From Phoronis australis (lineage: Eukaryota > Animalia > Phoronida), in assembly GCA_002633005.1 (NCBI GenBank), contig NMRA01000198.1, positions 256,045-320,044 on the forward strand: a stretch of 64,000 bases of DNA. The letters run 5' to 3'. The notes under the pieces were generated by a model. That model made no database searches and had not been told where the DNA came from. It was given only the letters and a program-made list of their open reading frames with translations. Shown piece after piece: positions 12,401 through 26,834 of this stretch. Each line of letters begins with the position of its first letter. Position 1 is the stretch's first letter. Made by a program: the position numbers and the translations under genes.

Positions 12401-15400
12401 CATTGCAGATTGGCCGCCGCTGCAGCCTAACTGTTCAGTGTCACATAAATACGTAATTACGGACACGTGACTTGTATATGTCCCACAAATATCTATTTGA
12501 AGGTCGACATACGGGGCCATACTCAGCGAATACTCGAATCCGCCATTCAAATCCACAAAGGCCGGAAATGGAGCTAAGGGGGACACTAAGTCATTTTACA
12601 CATTTTATTCACTTTGACAAAGTGACATTATCGGCGAGAAATATCTTTTTCTGAGAAAAGCCCCAATCCTGAAACGCACCCTTTGTGTCGCAGCTAAACG
12701 TACAGGATATTTGACACAGCTTTTAAGCGTATTTAAGTAGTTAAATCCCCGGCTTTAATTTCAGTGAATGTCTCACAGACAACGGCGGGAATTTACGATT
12801 TGTAATAAAATCACAAAAACAATACATACATTATTGCTTTATAGCTCGATAATTCTAAAAAAATCCACGGGGGCTCTAGATAAGGGGGATAACGACTGAG
12901 AACAAAAGTCATGTAATAATCTATTTATACCACATTCTGAACAATAAACATTGCAATGAATCGATCTACCTTTCTCGACTCGCCTCGGCTTTGTAACTAC
13001 TGTCTGTGTCAGAGGCCCGGGGTCGAAGGTCGTGACCTTTTAAGAGTTATTCTTATTAAAATAATGTTTTTTACACAAAACCACTTGAAAATTTAAACAA
13101 AATAGGAATAAAGTTAATCTATAAAGTAAGTTTTAAGCAGCTGGTCTAGCTTACTATGTAGAGTGGAAGGGGCCAGTGAAGCTCTGAGCAGTCTGGTCAC
13201 GCCTCCAAGAACTGTGGTGGGATGGGCGTTGGATGAGAGCTGAGCCACTAATCCTAGGAAAAGGCAACCTGTAAGTTGAAACGAGAAAAACGCGTCAGCA
13301 ACAACGTTACTGAAACCAGGGAGGTGTTAAGCACGAAAATGAACGTTGAAGGTAAGACGACGAACTAGGGACCTACTGGGGGTGGGGAGGTCTTGTTGAT
13401 CGTGTCGACGACAGCACTGTTGTCTCTTGCGGTTGACGAGTTTTGAGCTCCACTACATCAGCGCGATGACGATTAGCAGGTGTGCCTTGAACGTGATTTG
13501 ATGGTGCTGGAGGTGAGCTGGCCAAAGACTGATAAACCAAGTAGCCCCCAGCGTACCATGTGACTAAATTCCTCATGTTAATATGGCTTCTCATTGGTTA
13601 ACAGAACGAATAAACATTTGGACAATTCGATTGCTTTGAAAATAACATAAAACCACTCCGATTGGTTGGTGCTGAGAAATGCATCAGTTACAGTACACTT
13701 TTCCATTGCAATCACAAGAACATATGCATACCAAATCGATGCATTCCACACAGCTTCGTGTTTTTAACACAATCCAGTTTACAATGTATTATAATACAAA
13801 ACAACGAAATGATTTACGTACCTCGACAAACGTCCAAATCAATACGTCATGCGCACTGATATCAACACACGTAATTCCGTGTGCCGTAAACCATTAGGGC
13901 CACATTTCCATACAGGTGACACTGTGAGAAAAGATCATCATTCGCATGTTCCACAGACTCAAGAAAAACGGAAAAAGCAAGATCACGCAAAACTGCAGGA
14001 GACATCGTCTTGTATTACATACGAAGCAAGGTATCACACTAGTTTCGCGAGATACTTGCGCCAACGGAACTCGACCAAGACGTATGTAAGTTAAACACAA
14101 GACAGGTGGATCCAGGTGGACCCCTAAATCCGCCTATTGGGGAGTAAATTCATTGACTACTCGAAATTTTTCAACGCAGTGTAATTTACCGACAAGTTTG
14201 AAATGACATTAAAAATCTTTTGTTTCTCGTTATTTCCAAAAAACGTCTTCAGAGTCGACGGTAGTTCTGTGAAGATACCGTCCATAACCACGTGACATGT
14301 TGCAGTGTACTCCTAGCGCATGTGTGTTGAGGGTTGATGACTCGTGTCTCCTCAGTGAAAGGAGGTACAGTGTGCGTTAGCCTTAGTGTAAAGATGTGTA
14401 CTAAATATACAACTTGGCGCCGATGTGCGGGTAAAAAACTGGCCAAATAAAATCTGACACTAAACTAAGGTCGTTAGAAATTACACTCTTCCTTGAGTAA
14501 ACTATAGCCTATTATTTACGGGTGTTAGAAAAATTGGCGTTCTAACGTTATTCTTCTCCTAAAGTTGTGGAGCGATCTTATGCGTCGGCTTTCAGTGCCA
14601 TAAAGTACTGCGTCACTTATTCTTAGTCAGTTTCTTTTTTTTCGCCGATTCTTAAAAATCAACTGTTCTTCATCCACGAGGTTGCGAATATGTCACAACA
14701 AATTATCACAACTGCTTTCCTTTCGTTATAAGTTTTTAGTATTTTAATATCAGCGAATCGAATTTCGGAACAAACTTTTCTGCTGCGAAGCTGGCACCAC
14801 TTCCAGAAGGATGTCGCAAGAGATTTCGGAAATGCACGTGCGCGTGTCACGAACGACGACAGACTTCTTTGTTGGAAAAGGCTGGTAATTATGTAAGAGC
14901 ATGACGTTTATTAGATTCTTTTTCACTTAAACGGCTGCAACGGGCAACGTGAGTCTCGATTGACACCCAGATTTTGCATGCACCCCCGCCGGTCTTCAGC
15001 TCTACATGTTGATATAGACGAGGTGACGAGCAGAAGTACCAGGGCGGTGTGAAATTTCGAGGTGTGTTGGAGCTTAACACACATAGCTTTATGATTCATA
15101 TAGATAATTGGCTGGCTAAGTGTACGTAAGTCCAATGTCACCCAGAGGTTTTCAGGTTTGGTACAACTGAACTAAAAGCAAGTTTATAATTACATAATGC
15201 ACGGGGCAAAGCCGTTACGAATGCAATATAAACGGTTAGTAAAATTGATTTTTCGTTTACTTGATTTTCAACATTCATCTACTGACAACAAAGCTCAATC
15301 CCTGGTCACTTCTCAAAGCTTGTTGTGTATGTATTAGTCACAGGTATTATGCACGTAAGCACGAAAATTTTGTCTGTAATGGATATCTTTATGGAAGACT

Positions 15401-15769
15401 TTTGTATGCAGTATTGTCGTGTTTGCCTAAAAGGAATTTAAAATTTTCTATTTATTTTGAACTTCCTGTGTTCCAGAAAGTCACGGATCAGAGAAAGGGT
15501 CGCCCTTGACTGACAGAGCATGTTCAAGCTACTAAATCAGGGGCACACAACTGGTCTCATTGACAGCAGATTATAGTGAACATCTTTATCGCTTACACAA
15601 AATCTGTGATGACCATTCGTGATACTGAGCACTGTGTGTAGGTCAACATATTACCAAGGAGTGTAGTAGTATAGGAGAGTTCACTAGTGAGTTCGCTGTT
15701 ACCGCTACTACTAGCGCCGCCAAGTGGTGACTAAGCAACTGTCAACCGGGAAGCGCCAAAACAATAGGC

Positions 15770-16691
15770 ATGGACGCATTTTGCAGTTGCGATAAATTGC
15801 ATGAAGTTATCCACGAAAACCCCAGACTTGTCATTTTTTAGGTTTCTTAAGGATTCAGAAAGGTAAGGACTATCTGTTATTCAGTAATATGATACATTGT
15901 CTTTCATTTTGTGTGTTCTGTTCACGGTTGTTAGACAAGTCGATCGCATTGTTGCCACTTGCACTGTTGTCCGCAGTGTAGGCTAGGCCTACTGTACAGC
16001 CGGGCTGCCGGCGGAAGGACTATGATGAACGTCCGATGTGATCGTCAGCTTTTTGGATACTTGCAGTCCATGAATTCTAAATCAAAATGTCACCCGTACG
16101 GCGCCGCAGGGATAATTTTAGGAAAACATACCCATGCCCATGGCCATGGGTAATATGACTGGTGACATGGCCATGGCACAATCACAGCCACAGGGCCACA
16201 AGTCCGTCATGAGTCAAGTTAGAGAATCTGTGGGTCTCGGTGAAAAGGTGAAAAAATCAACATAATTTTAATGTAGTGCGTCATTGAAAACTTAATTCTA
16301 CATGTCAATGATGCGGGGGCCGCGGCCATGTTAAAATATCCGTGGATCAACATTTGAGTCCGAGTTTTTTTTCAGTTGACACCAAAACGCTTTTGTCTCT
16401 ATGACAATCACAATACGACAGGAATTCTGTAGTGTAGTGTACTTTAGTGTAGGCTACTAGTCTTTTGTGAACCTAGTGAGCATGAGGTTTGTTCCTGAGT
16501 CTCTCACGGATTTCTCACAGGTGCAAGCTCTGGGAGCTGACCTCAGTTATGAATAGAGATGCAGCCTATTTGTCCAAGAACTGCAAGTTATGTTCTCATC
16601 ACGTCGAGGAGTCCATGTTCATGAATGAAGAACAAGTTGGTATTGACTGCAGTGTCCGAACAATATTTGATGTCCCGAATCCACCAAAAAT
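15770..16691 (+). pseudogene. Degenerate THAP12/PRKRIR-type THAP domain in 2 exons, probably a hAT transposase relic
   Basis: Reads MDAFCS/(frameshift)AINCMKLSTKTPDLSFFRFLKDSER|CKLW...KLCSHHVEESMF...VRTIFDVPNPP. Donor gtaagg at 15863, acceptor cacag at 16520. Frameshifted, and no catalytic domain is visible. Confidence 0.7.
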
Positions 16692-19639
16692 GTGGGTGGT
16701 GAATATTTTGATTGCTGTTCAGTAACTCTTAATTTTTTTGTCATGACATTTTGAACTTTGACTAGTTATGATTGATGATATAATCAATGTTACTACGTTT
16801 TGTAAGTTGTGAGCTATTCTACAGATTAGCAACTGACTTGCAACTGTTGGCGAGTGGCAGAGTAGGATTGAGTTAACCCTATACTGGCATATGTCTAAGA
16901 AATAATGGAATGTTCTAAAATTGTTGTGGTAGTGATGAATTGCCTTGCTTTCTTCTTTTCACTTGTGTAACACCCTCTGCACAAAACAATTGTCTGCATT
17001 GCTAGTAGCCTGGTGCATTGAATAGAGAACAAATGCGAAATTGTTGGGTGGAGATGAAACCAGCAGTGAGCTGGGAGCAACATGTTTGTCAATGGTCAGG
17101 GGAGCAACCAAAATGTGTGACAATGGAAGGAGCTCAACACCCATGTGGCATACATACCCATTGGTTTTTACCTGTTTAGCACTCCTCCCATGTAACCCCC
17201 CTGGGAGGAGGTCAACACCCATTTGGCGCCCACCTGGTTTTTGCCTGGTATCCCCTTAGCTGGCACCTGGGGGGGAATTCCCCTCTGAGCCCCCAGGAGC
17301 AATCATTCCAATTATGTAGTCCGTGGAGGTATAAACTGTTATAAGGAACGATAATTGCCTTGTTAAGAACTCAAGCATGAAACAAAACCATGATGAATTT
17401 TGAAGAGCCGGAGCTTCAAGAGAATAAAAACAAATACACTTTAATATTGATTAAAATACACATTTTCTTTCTCATTCGATTGTAAGTGGATGTTAGTTTA
17501 TGTATTCTAACTATTTTCAATCATATAGTAATTTTATTGCACGTTGAATGTCATTAAAGTATGAATTTATGAGTGTGCTCCTAAGTATTGATTATTCACC
17601 GCTTGGAGCGCTAGTGTTTCGACCGGTAACCATTGCGGCGAATGGTAAAATGGCGGAGTGAACTCTCCTGTACTAGTACACTCCTTGATATTTCCAACGC
17701 TGGAGGACGCCACTTCATTGTTGTCACAGCACCTGAAGCTGCTTGCCAACGGATCACCTTGCAGGCTACTGACCAATGAATTCTTGGCATTTGCCGCAGA
17801 TCAGAATGAATGGTGTGAGCTGTGTCGTAATCATTTTACCAATCTCAAGTGTAATATGGACCAAGGAAGAGCAATGTTGTCTGGGCTCAAAGGCAACATA
17901 TCGACCTCTTAGGTCTACTGTAACCTGATATGCGCGATATATCAGTCTATATTTCTTTAGTTAAATGGCTACTGATGCTTCTGTCATGCTTTGATGTACC
18001 GACATCGCCTGCTTGCTTTGTTGTCAGAGTTTATGTTTTTTACGGTATCGGATTGGTCACATTGCTAGTTGTAACATATAACATCCGGGTGGCATTAATG
18101 AAAAGTGTTATTCCACGGGGAGGTGGGTCAATATTACAGAATACCAAAATTCATCAAACTGTGTTCCAGACAATCAGAGGGCAAGTATCAGTAGTCAAAT
18201 AATAAAACAACATGAATAACCCAAAATTTAATGTCAGGTCATAAGTTCATGTCACCTAAATGACAAATATCTACAAACTATGGAATTTAACTTTCTAAAA
18301 CATTACATTCATAATTCATGAAAGTAGAAAGTCTATGTATTTTGACATTATATATCATTCTGCCATTAATTGGGCCACTTGACCATATTTTTAATAAGAT
18401 TCCAGAAAAAGGGATATATTCATAGCAAAACAACGAAGTCGATAACGTGGCCAATTTTCTTTTGATATAAATGAGAAAAGCTAATTCTGTTTTCTAAGTA
18501 CCGGTAACCTTTTTTGTTTTATTCAATGTTTGATTATTTCATGAAATTATGCCAAAGTAGATCAGTCAAAAGACAATCCCTAAAAGCCTGATGGGGAACA
18601 GTACATTAAGTACAAGATCGGAAAGTTTTATTAGAATCCTATCAGCCATTTGCGAGATATGTTTTCAGCTTTAACAAATTTGGACGTTTGTATAGGATTT
18701 CCATAACCTTAACTTGATGACTGAACACTGTTCTTTTACTGGGCAGCTCAAAGATATCATGTAATTAAGAACTGTTGGTCTGGTCTTCACGCAAGCCATA
18801 TGTTGATCACATCAGGTGTTAGATAACAGGTTAGCAGAAAGACCCGGGTTCAAACCTTGGTCGGGACAGAGAGCATCTTAAATGCAACTATATATAACCT
18901 CATGCGACCAAAATATGACGTGTGTAAAGATTAATAATTCTTGCTTATTATTTTTACAATTTTAATTTTTTGCCTTGTGTATTAAACTGCCAAACCACTC
19001 CAAAGACGGTTTTGAAAATTGACGCCTCAGGTGTTCCGGATGAGAAAACCCTGGCTGGTGATGATTTTCAGGTGTTTTTTTTAATTCTGGTGCCACTTAG
19101 GAACAATTTTACTGTTTTGCATCTACGGCTGTATCCCCTTAACGTTTTTTTAGGATCTTTGGGAATTTGGCAGATGGGTTTCTATAGAGATGGCAACAGA
19201 TCACGATGAGTTACACACAGCATATTATTTAAGATGACTTATTCTTATTAAAATGACATAGGCAAGAAATTGAATTTGGGGCTTCAAAACGGGGCCTTCT
19301 ATATTAATGTAGAAGCCCCACTGAAGTGGGGTAGTTTATATTAATATAGATGGCACCCGTGCAAGGGGGCCCGAAGAGCGGGGCTCCCATATATATAGAG
19401 GGCCCAGCGTGATGGGGCGCGTTATTAATATTGAGGCCCCCGCTCTTCGGAACCCTTAATATAGGTTGCCAACAATACTTCAGGGTCAAACGGTAAGTCA
19501 CCTTCAAGGAATGTACAACTCTATGCACAACTCTACCATAACTGGTGGCTCAGAAAGCAAAGAATTTAACTCGTGAATAATTTTATATACCGGTATTTTA
19601 TTGAGCTTAATGAGTCATAAGAACATACAATAACGCTGG

Positions 19640-20690
19640 GGCTTTGATATACGCCCACAGTGCAATGCAAACAATGTGCAGGTGCATTGTCATCATCCGC
19701 CTCTTGAGTCAATTTTTGTTTTGAAATCCGTGAATCAATTCTCTAGATATCATCCAGAAACGCGTCAATCCTTGTTGAGAATAAAATGGCCCAAAGTGCT
19801 GCACATGTCCAACCTGCTCAAAAATTAAACGGTGCCGGCACATGGTCATAATTATGGTGGGCCGTTGAGGGAAAGTGTCGCCGTAAAATTACGCTCGTAA
19901 TTACGAGCGTAAATTAAATTGCAAAAGTGTTGCGGTAAAATTACGCCCGTAAATTAAATGGGGTAAATGTCGCCGTAAATTACGCTCGTAAAATACCTTA
20001 AGAACGTTCCAAATTTAAACCAATCAGTGATGACCTACTGAACATACACGACTGTTGCTGGGCAGCTCGTTCTTGCACAATCGCTGACATTGCAGCAACG
20101 ATTTGATCCGCCATGATTCATAGTTCGTATCGTAGACATGAAACCCGCCAATAAATAAGTATTTCCATGAGCGCGCGCGATCTTTGTAAAACCCAACGTC
20201 ATTGGCTAAGAGTTTAACTAAATTACGAGCGTAATTTTACGCCGTAAATAATTAAATTACGCTCGTAATTTTACGGCGTAATTAACGGTGTAAATAACGG
20301 CGTAATGTACACAATTACGCTCGTATTTTTCCGGCGACACTTTCCCCTCAACGGCCCATCATACATAATTCTACTCTGTTAAGTTTCATTAAAATCTGTC
20401 TATCCATTCACCGCCTACAATCCAGAAACTCTCTTCCTCCCAATATTTAAAAGCTCCTTGTAGATGCTGCAGTGGACGAGTCCGCAACAGAAACGAAGGA
20501 TTCGGCGCAGGTATGCCTGTGTCAATCATCTGGAATGGCTCTTCCTCAAACAACACTGGAAAGCCACTTGCCAGATTTTATCAAAATTCAATCCGTGGTT
20601 TTTAATATATATATATATACCAAACACTCTGACGTCCGGACAAAGTGACAACAATATGGGACCACATATACGCATGCGGGTGCATAATAA
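19640..20690. mobile_element. Second Helentron-type non-autonomous element, interrupted by a MITE
   Basis: subTIR-like atacgccc (~19649) at one end and a terminal hairpin ending gcgggtgcataataaa (~20690) at the other. The core resembles the 7794-9462 type. Confidence 0.45.
19853..20363. mobile_element. MITE with ~31 bp TIRs and 6 bp TSD (cataat), unclassified
   Basis: TIRs tatggtgggccgttgagggaaagtgtcgccg / cggcgacactttcccctcaacggcccatcata. TSD cataat at 19847-19852 and 20364-20369. Many internal aattacgctcgtaa motifs in both orientations. Confidence 0.9.
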
Positions 20691-21244
20691 AGTGATCCAC
20701 AGTCAGTGTCAGTGAAAAATATGTACATATCTCAGTGAGTACCAAACTAAAATAAATAAAATATATATACATGCATGTATTAACTGCCTGTATGTAATAA
20801 CTATATAAATATCACGGAAAATGCAATACATGCAATATATAAGTCCGTTTGTAAATAAATACAGTACACGTCTTTGTTAACAGGAAGACTTTACAATGTT
20901 CACATGAATAAACACTTGCACGTTAGGTATACACTCAAGCAACGAAAAGTGCTATCAATAATTTACACATTCCGAGTGACATCAAAGGAAGGAAGGTCAG
21001 TGAAGTAATGATGCTTTAAGATCGGTTATGTTAGACAAGTTTAAAGGTGACTTGTGCATACTAAGTTTCAGTTCTTTACTCTCTACATCCTTTTATTTCG
21101 TGCATCTTCCCTTGTACAAATATAATCAGTGTTTCATAAGAGATATTCACCGAGTTTTCTGTAACATTTACAAAATTCCACAAAACGTACATTTGTACTA
21201 TATTCATAAAACAATTAACAAAGGAACAACGTAAGTAAGCTACA

Positions 21245-21705
21245 TTTTTCTTGATCTTGGTGGAAAACACGCAAAAAGCCGCAGTTAACAAAGGAAATTA
21301 AAACTAAAGTAAATTACTGACAAAAAGCAATATTTTCTTGATCTTGGCGAAAAATGTGCAAAAAGCCGCAGATGACAAGGTAAACTAAACAAAGCCTACT
21401 GACAAAAGCAGCTTTTCACAGACACTCGATCTTGGCAAAAAACACCCGGTTAAAGGAAATTAAAATAATATAAGCTCCGGATAAAAAGCACATTCTTACT
21501 CGATCTCTGCGAAAAACGTGCAAAAAGCAGCAGCAAAGAAAAACTAAATTAAGCCTACAAAAAAAGCACATTTTTACTCGATCTCAGCGGAAAACGTCCG
21601 AAAAAGCAGCGGTGAACAAAGAATAACTAAGCTAAGCCTAGTGATAAAAAGCACATGCAAAAAGCCCCAGTAAGCAAAGAAAAACTAAACTAAGCCTAGT
21701 GACAC
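21245..21705. repeat. Diverged minisatellite, ~6 units of ~80 bp
   Basis: Recurring gatct(t/c)ggcg-aaaa-gtgcaaaaagc(c/a)gcag...aaactaa...aagccta...aaaaagcaca. Confidence 0.75.
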
Positions 21706-22899
21706 CATTACAATACATCCTCATCATGTGACCTTGTGCTGTTGCGATCTCTCTCACCAGGCTGTTGTCTTGAGGCCAAGAGGGATTTTTTTAATAATTA
21801 GCTGTAAGATGAATATCGACGGGTCAGAAACAGTTATAACTGATCAGGCGCTAAACAATGAACATTTTTTACAATTAGAAATCAATCGCGTCAATTATGG
21901 TTTAAACTAGGCACGTTTTTAAGCTTACTGATCAAAGTTTTAAGGATGCCTTGTCTCATTAAAATCGTGAATATTCAAATTTTTAACAAGCGCTAGTGAC
22001 TTGCTGGAGAATTGTGTGTACAGTGTAATCAGAAAAAGAAACAATTTGTCATAAAAATGTGACGTTAAAGGGGAACTTGCACTCTAATTCATTTTCTCTG
22101 TGATAGATTGGTCAAATTAGAAACACAAAATATAACGACGGTGTGAATATGAAGTAAGTTGATAATTGCCAAATGATTTTAGAACGAGTTCTGCGTCGAA
22201 AATAATCCACCGTAAATCACTCAACCGTATCTTGAAAGTATGGTGATGTGGTGTTCGGGAATAACCATGCATGACCCAGGCTATGTGAGCCCAAGGTACG
22301 TCCTAAGTGCAAAGGTCACCTATTTGCAAATTTGTTTGTTTTCACATTTGCAAGTTGTTGATGAATACAACTGCAATTTGTTTAGAGTAGATCATGTTCA
22401 AATAGCATTGTTCTCCACCATTGTTTATCTTCTTCCTTAGTCATAAACTTTAAGCCGACATGATGGCACTTTTCAGCCTGTGTAGCTCAAGCTTTTCATA
22501 ATTTGGTGAGGAGTTGATTTTAGGAAGTATGGCCTTGCGCAAAAACAGCATTGAGATTAATGCATGAAGAAAATTAAATTTGCACAATATTACATTTCAG
22601 TTAGTGAGTGAGCAAGTAAAAGAACAATCTGTTGCGCAACAATGAAAATCAAATTCGGCAAGGCTGGCACAGACTTCCACAGAACTCACTTATTATAAAA
22701 ACGTGTGTGCGTTTCTTGAAGTAACACTTTGGACTCAGCCACAAGTGTTAATAAATCGAGATAAGTTCAACTAACAGTAAAAGGAGTACGACAAATTAAG
22801 ACATTTCTTCAGCAAAAACAAGACATTATGAATGTTTGGTAGCAGAGTAATGTACTAAAGCCAAAATATTTGACGCAAAACCCCAACAGCTTTGATAAA

Positions 22900-25720
22900 A
22901 CCGTATACCTACTAGTTTCAATGTTGAAGTCCGCTATTGTCCAGGTGCTGTCAGTGGACCAATTTTTCACTTGTCGTTATCAAGGGTAAATTTGAACTGA
23001 TGTGGTTGTGAATGGTTATGCATAGCATTTAAGTGCGGTTTGATCCAGTCCTTTATGTTATACATTTTTGAAAATAAATAAGACACAGGACTTGGAGTGG
23101 TGCATTTTGTGAAAGCTTCCATCAATTTTGAAATTGAATAAATATAAAGACGAGTCATGCAAGTAGAAAAAGGGGGAAAACTTCATCAACATCCTCGCGT
23201 GTATGGCCCACCATTAAAAATTTAAGAAAAAAAATTAGAAAAAATACCCATTTCGACAAACACTCCACATAGCCCAAAAACTACAATATTTTTGTTCTCC
23301 CTGCAGCAATTATCCATGTGTAAATACAAAACTGGGGGCAAATAGCTCAATGGTGATAACATTCGCAGCAGGACACTCGCTGTCACATCTGGCCCATGTC
23401 CCCACTGACCGACGTCAAAAAACGATGGTTTGGTGACCATGACTGATGACACCAGTAAGATGGGTTCTCAATTTATGTAACAATTGAAGCGTTTTGTTAT
23501 AGATATTAAAAGCAGGGAGATTGGTTTTCTGCTGGTCCATCCCATCCAGGATTATACACGCATATCTGTTTGGGTTAGTCCTTGCCTTGGAGCAGTGCTT
23601 GCAGTATTTTTTTCACCTATTGCTGAAAAATAATTATAAAAAGTGTTCATTATTCAATGGACAACACTTCGCTTAAGATATTCATAGTTTCATTTCCACC
23701 TGGTTGGAATTCAAAAACCTCAGTTATCTCTCAAACATGAGGACATTTAGAAATTAGAGCACTGCATGTATTTTCAGTCTTACCACCAAACTTCAAGTAA
23801 AAAAATAAATGCTAGCTTTAAAGGGTCCACTAAGCAAATATCCACGCAGTAAGATTCAAAAAGGACAAACACCTACAATGTTGCCAATTAATAATTCCAG
23901 GATCAGTACCAACCAGGTATATCTGAAGTTTATCGTGTAAAATGCAGCTGAGGCATATACCTTTGTTTAGTTAGATGTGCTGAGCGCATTTTTTTTTCAA
24001 TGTGTTTCTTTCCATCTTCTCCGTAGTGTGACCTAAACGTTCTTTTAGTTTGAAGCAGATGTCACATTTTGCAAACTGGTTATCCTGTAAGTACAAACTA
24101 TAACTTGTTGAGTTAATGTTATCTTAACTTTGTCCACAATAGTAAATCATAGACACAGTTGTATGTAACAATATGAGTGCCTAGCTCTGGGGAGAGCTGA
24201 CAACATCGGTGTTCTGTACATGGGCTCCACATATTCCCTTTTGTTTTAAAAGTAACTGATCCACTTATCCATTAAATTAATTAAGCTTTGGGCATCCTTG
24301 TTGTTTTGCTTTTATCTTAAGAAGTGTATGTAACAGCAATGCTTCAGGAAAGCCAACATTGAACTTGACACCTTCTGTGAAGTAACGATATTCAGAATTC
24401 AACTTTGGGGGGGTGTTGCGTGAAACGGGTTTTTCTCGGGTTTAATGACACGGGCAAAGTAATTAGATTAAAGTACGTTCTAATTTTATGGATTTGAACT
24501 GTCTTTCAAAGATTTTTTTAAAAATTTATGAAAAATAAGTTCAAACAATAAATGTTGCCAGTCCGCATGTATTCTCCCAAATGTGATTGAGGACCAGGGC
24601 ATTTTGAAACAGAACATAAGGTTCGGCAGGACTGCTGAGTCAATCTGGCCAATCAACTGGTAGAAATACGACAAAGAAGTTGTTGAAAGGTTTTGAAGTT
24701 CCAGTTCAGCCGTCATGTCTCCATACACGCTATGCTTTGTCAAAGAAGCAGGTAAGTGGACTTGGTTTCCCAGTGGCGTCTTATCACCGTTTTCCTTTAT
24801 GTACCTGTCAAGCCCGCATAGTGAATTGTAGGCAGCTTGCGACAACCTATCCGACCGAGCATCTATGAAGTTCACTGTTCTTTGTGTAGGTGGATGAAAC
24901 AGATACATATAGTACAATTACCTGGTGTAACATTGAAAGAACAAAAACTAAATAACAACACTTATCAATAAGTTACAATAACTTTAGTACACTACCACAT
25001 CAACGGATCACGTTTGTTGGTACAGTTATAACTATCAGCTGGCAAAACGGGTTTTGATACAAACCACATCAACTGAAAGCTACATAACAAGGAACAAGCT
25101 ACCATATACCAACCCAAATTCAATGCATTAGTGCGGCGACATCAAACACCGGTTTTATTGCACATCGGAAATCGCAGAGGAACTTAAAAAAAAATCTGTT
25201 GCTCATCTCATAAGTGTAAGACAGCATTTTCTAAAGGCAAACCATACATAATGCTTATTTAAATGAAAACTGTCGAATCAAATAATGTACACTGCTCCAT
25301 TACGTTGTCTTTGCACATACAATATCAGCTTTGTTGGTGATGGATAACAAAATGTTCTACAACTACTCTTGTTTTATGGATTTTGACGTTCAGTTTTCAG
25401 TGGGTTACGCGTCATTTTTCTTGGAGTTGTGTCACGAAGCTAGTGTTTTTCAGACGTACTTACCGATTTAGCGTTCACGGTTTTTATGTTCATTAGATTT
25501 GATGTTTTATACCGAACACGGTTCCAATAGCCACAAACTGCACCGTACTACCACTTTTGAAAACTTAAAAGTGTTGCACAAAAGCTGTCGGCCGGCACTG
25601 CGTGGCACTGAAAGAAGAAAACAGAACTGTTGGTCATACCCCAAGGGAGTTTTCCTACCTGCGTAAGAAATTTGCTTGAACACAATGGGACTTAAGTGTG
25701 AGACGGGCACAACTTCACAA
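22900..25720 (-). pseudogene. Degenerate intron-containing DDE-type transposase (DUF7869 / Sola1-like)
   Basis: Minus-strand pieces in order: DNQFAKCDIC (~24085), IILDGMDQQKTNLP (~23550), LYLHMDNCCRENKN (~23320), FLMVGHTREDVDEVF (~23200), IKDWIKPHLNAMHNHSQPHQFKF (~23030). Frameshifts and stops are present; termini not located. Confidence 0.7.
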
Positions 25721-26803
25721 GAGGAAACTTTGCATCAATCTCTCTAATAAATCAGTAGTCAGAACTACGGCGATATCTCTCTAAGTTCGCACAATAATGT
25801 GTGAACTATTCTCCCTTGTTCCAATTACCGGTAATATAGACAAAACTGGCTCTACTAGGGACGTAAGTCAAGTGTTCGAATAATTAGAGATAAAGATCGA
25901 TTATAAAAATGAGTGCATCGACGGCCTCAGAGACTGCGGTTTGGCAATGTGAATTATATTACCACAAGTAACAAATTATTGTCCCAAAGAAACATAGTGG
26001 TTTTGCCTCCCAATTTGATTTAGATGGGAAGCTCCTGGATTTTGATGAAGTTCCATAACTCACGGAAAGGTGTCAAATTATCTTAATTTTGATGAAATGC
26101 CCCCGACTTAGAACTAATTCTCCCAGTGTTCTCGAAATGTAATTGCCGTGTTATCGAGGATATGTGGCCACCGAAGGGACAGCTTTCCCCTACTGGAGTG
26201 GTGCGTGCGGGTAATTTTCCACTCTTGAATCGCTGAAGTGTATGTTACGTTGGCAGCAAGATATGCAAGTGACACGTGACTCATACATACGCACAGGTTC
26301 AACCCCAGAACGAAGGGCTTGAAAATTTGTTCGCTACTTAGAACTGTACGACTATAACTGTGCACCCTAATATCAATTGTTTTTTACGTTTGCTTCTACA
26401 TCTTTATAGTTCGTTGGCTATTTTCATGAAATTTGGTATCTGTGGCTGTATCTATCTAACCCCTTGCTCACACTTTGGCATTTGTAGTCCTGTTAATTTG
26501 ACAACAGTTGAAAAAAATCGACCTCCGCTATGCCTCCCAATGGAAATTTGTGTTTTTCTTAAAAAGTAAGTCACGTTTACCTCTATATTTGGAGTTCTTT
26601 AAAGGAATAACTTTACAATAAAGAGTCATTGGCCATTCAGAACCAGCATGCTGCTGGTTCTCTGAATAACATGCAGACCTCAGTAACACTACAGCTATTG
26701 GTGATGACCTATTTACTATTTCCTGTCTTGTTGCCCGACTCATTTCACTTCATGGGTGTAACCCGACTGGTATACATACACTTGATGTCTTATTGTTTAT
26801 AAC

Positions 26804-26834
26804 CTGATGATGTCTAATAAATAGACGAAACGTC
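26804..26834 (+). ncRNA. Minimal hammerhead ribozyme core (Penelope pLTR type), possibly degenerate
   Basis: CTGATGA-t-gtcta-ataaa-tagac-GAAA-C-GTC: both catalytic boxes, a 5 bp stem II and the GAAACGTC minimal stem III. Stem I pairs poorly. Confidence 0.6.

Noticed and set aside
15770-16691. PRKRIR/THAP12-like gene as a PKR-pathway member of the immune cluster
   Set aside because: It is a frameshifted THAP-only fragment. Such domains are common in hAT transposons, so its position is probably coincidental.
18815-18870. tRNA/SINE head (ggttcaaacc)
   Set aside because: Only a B-box-like word; no clear A-box, tail or TSD.
21245-21705. CRISPR-like array or repeat-protein coding region
   Set aside because: Whole units are diverged copies of each other, with no unique spacers and no sustained ORF.
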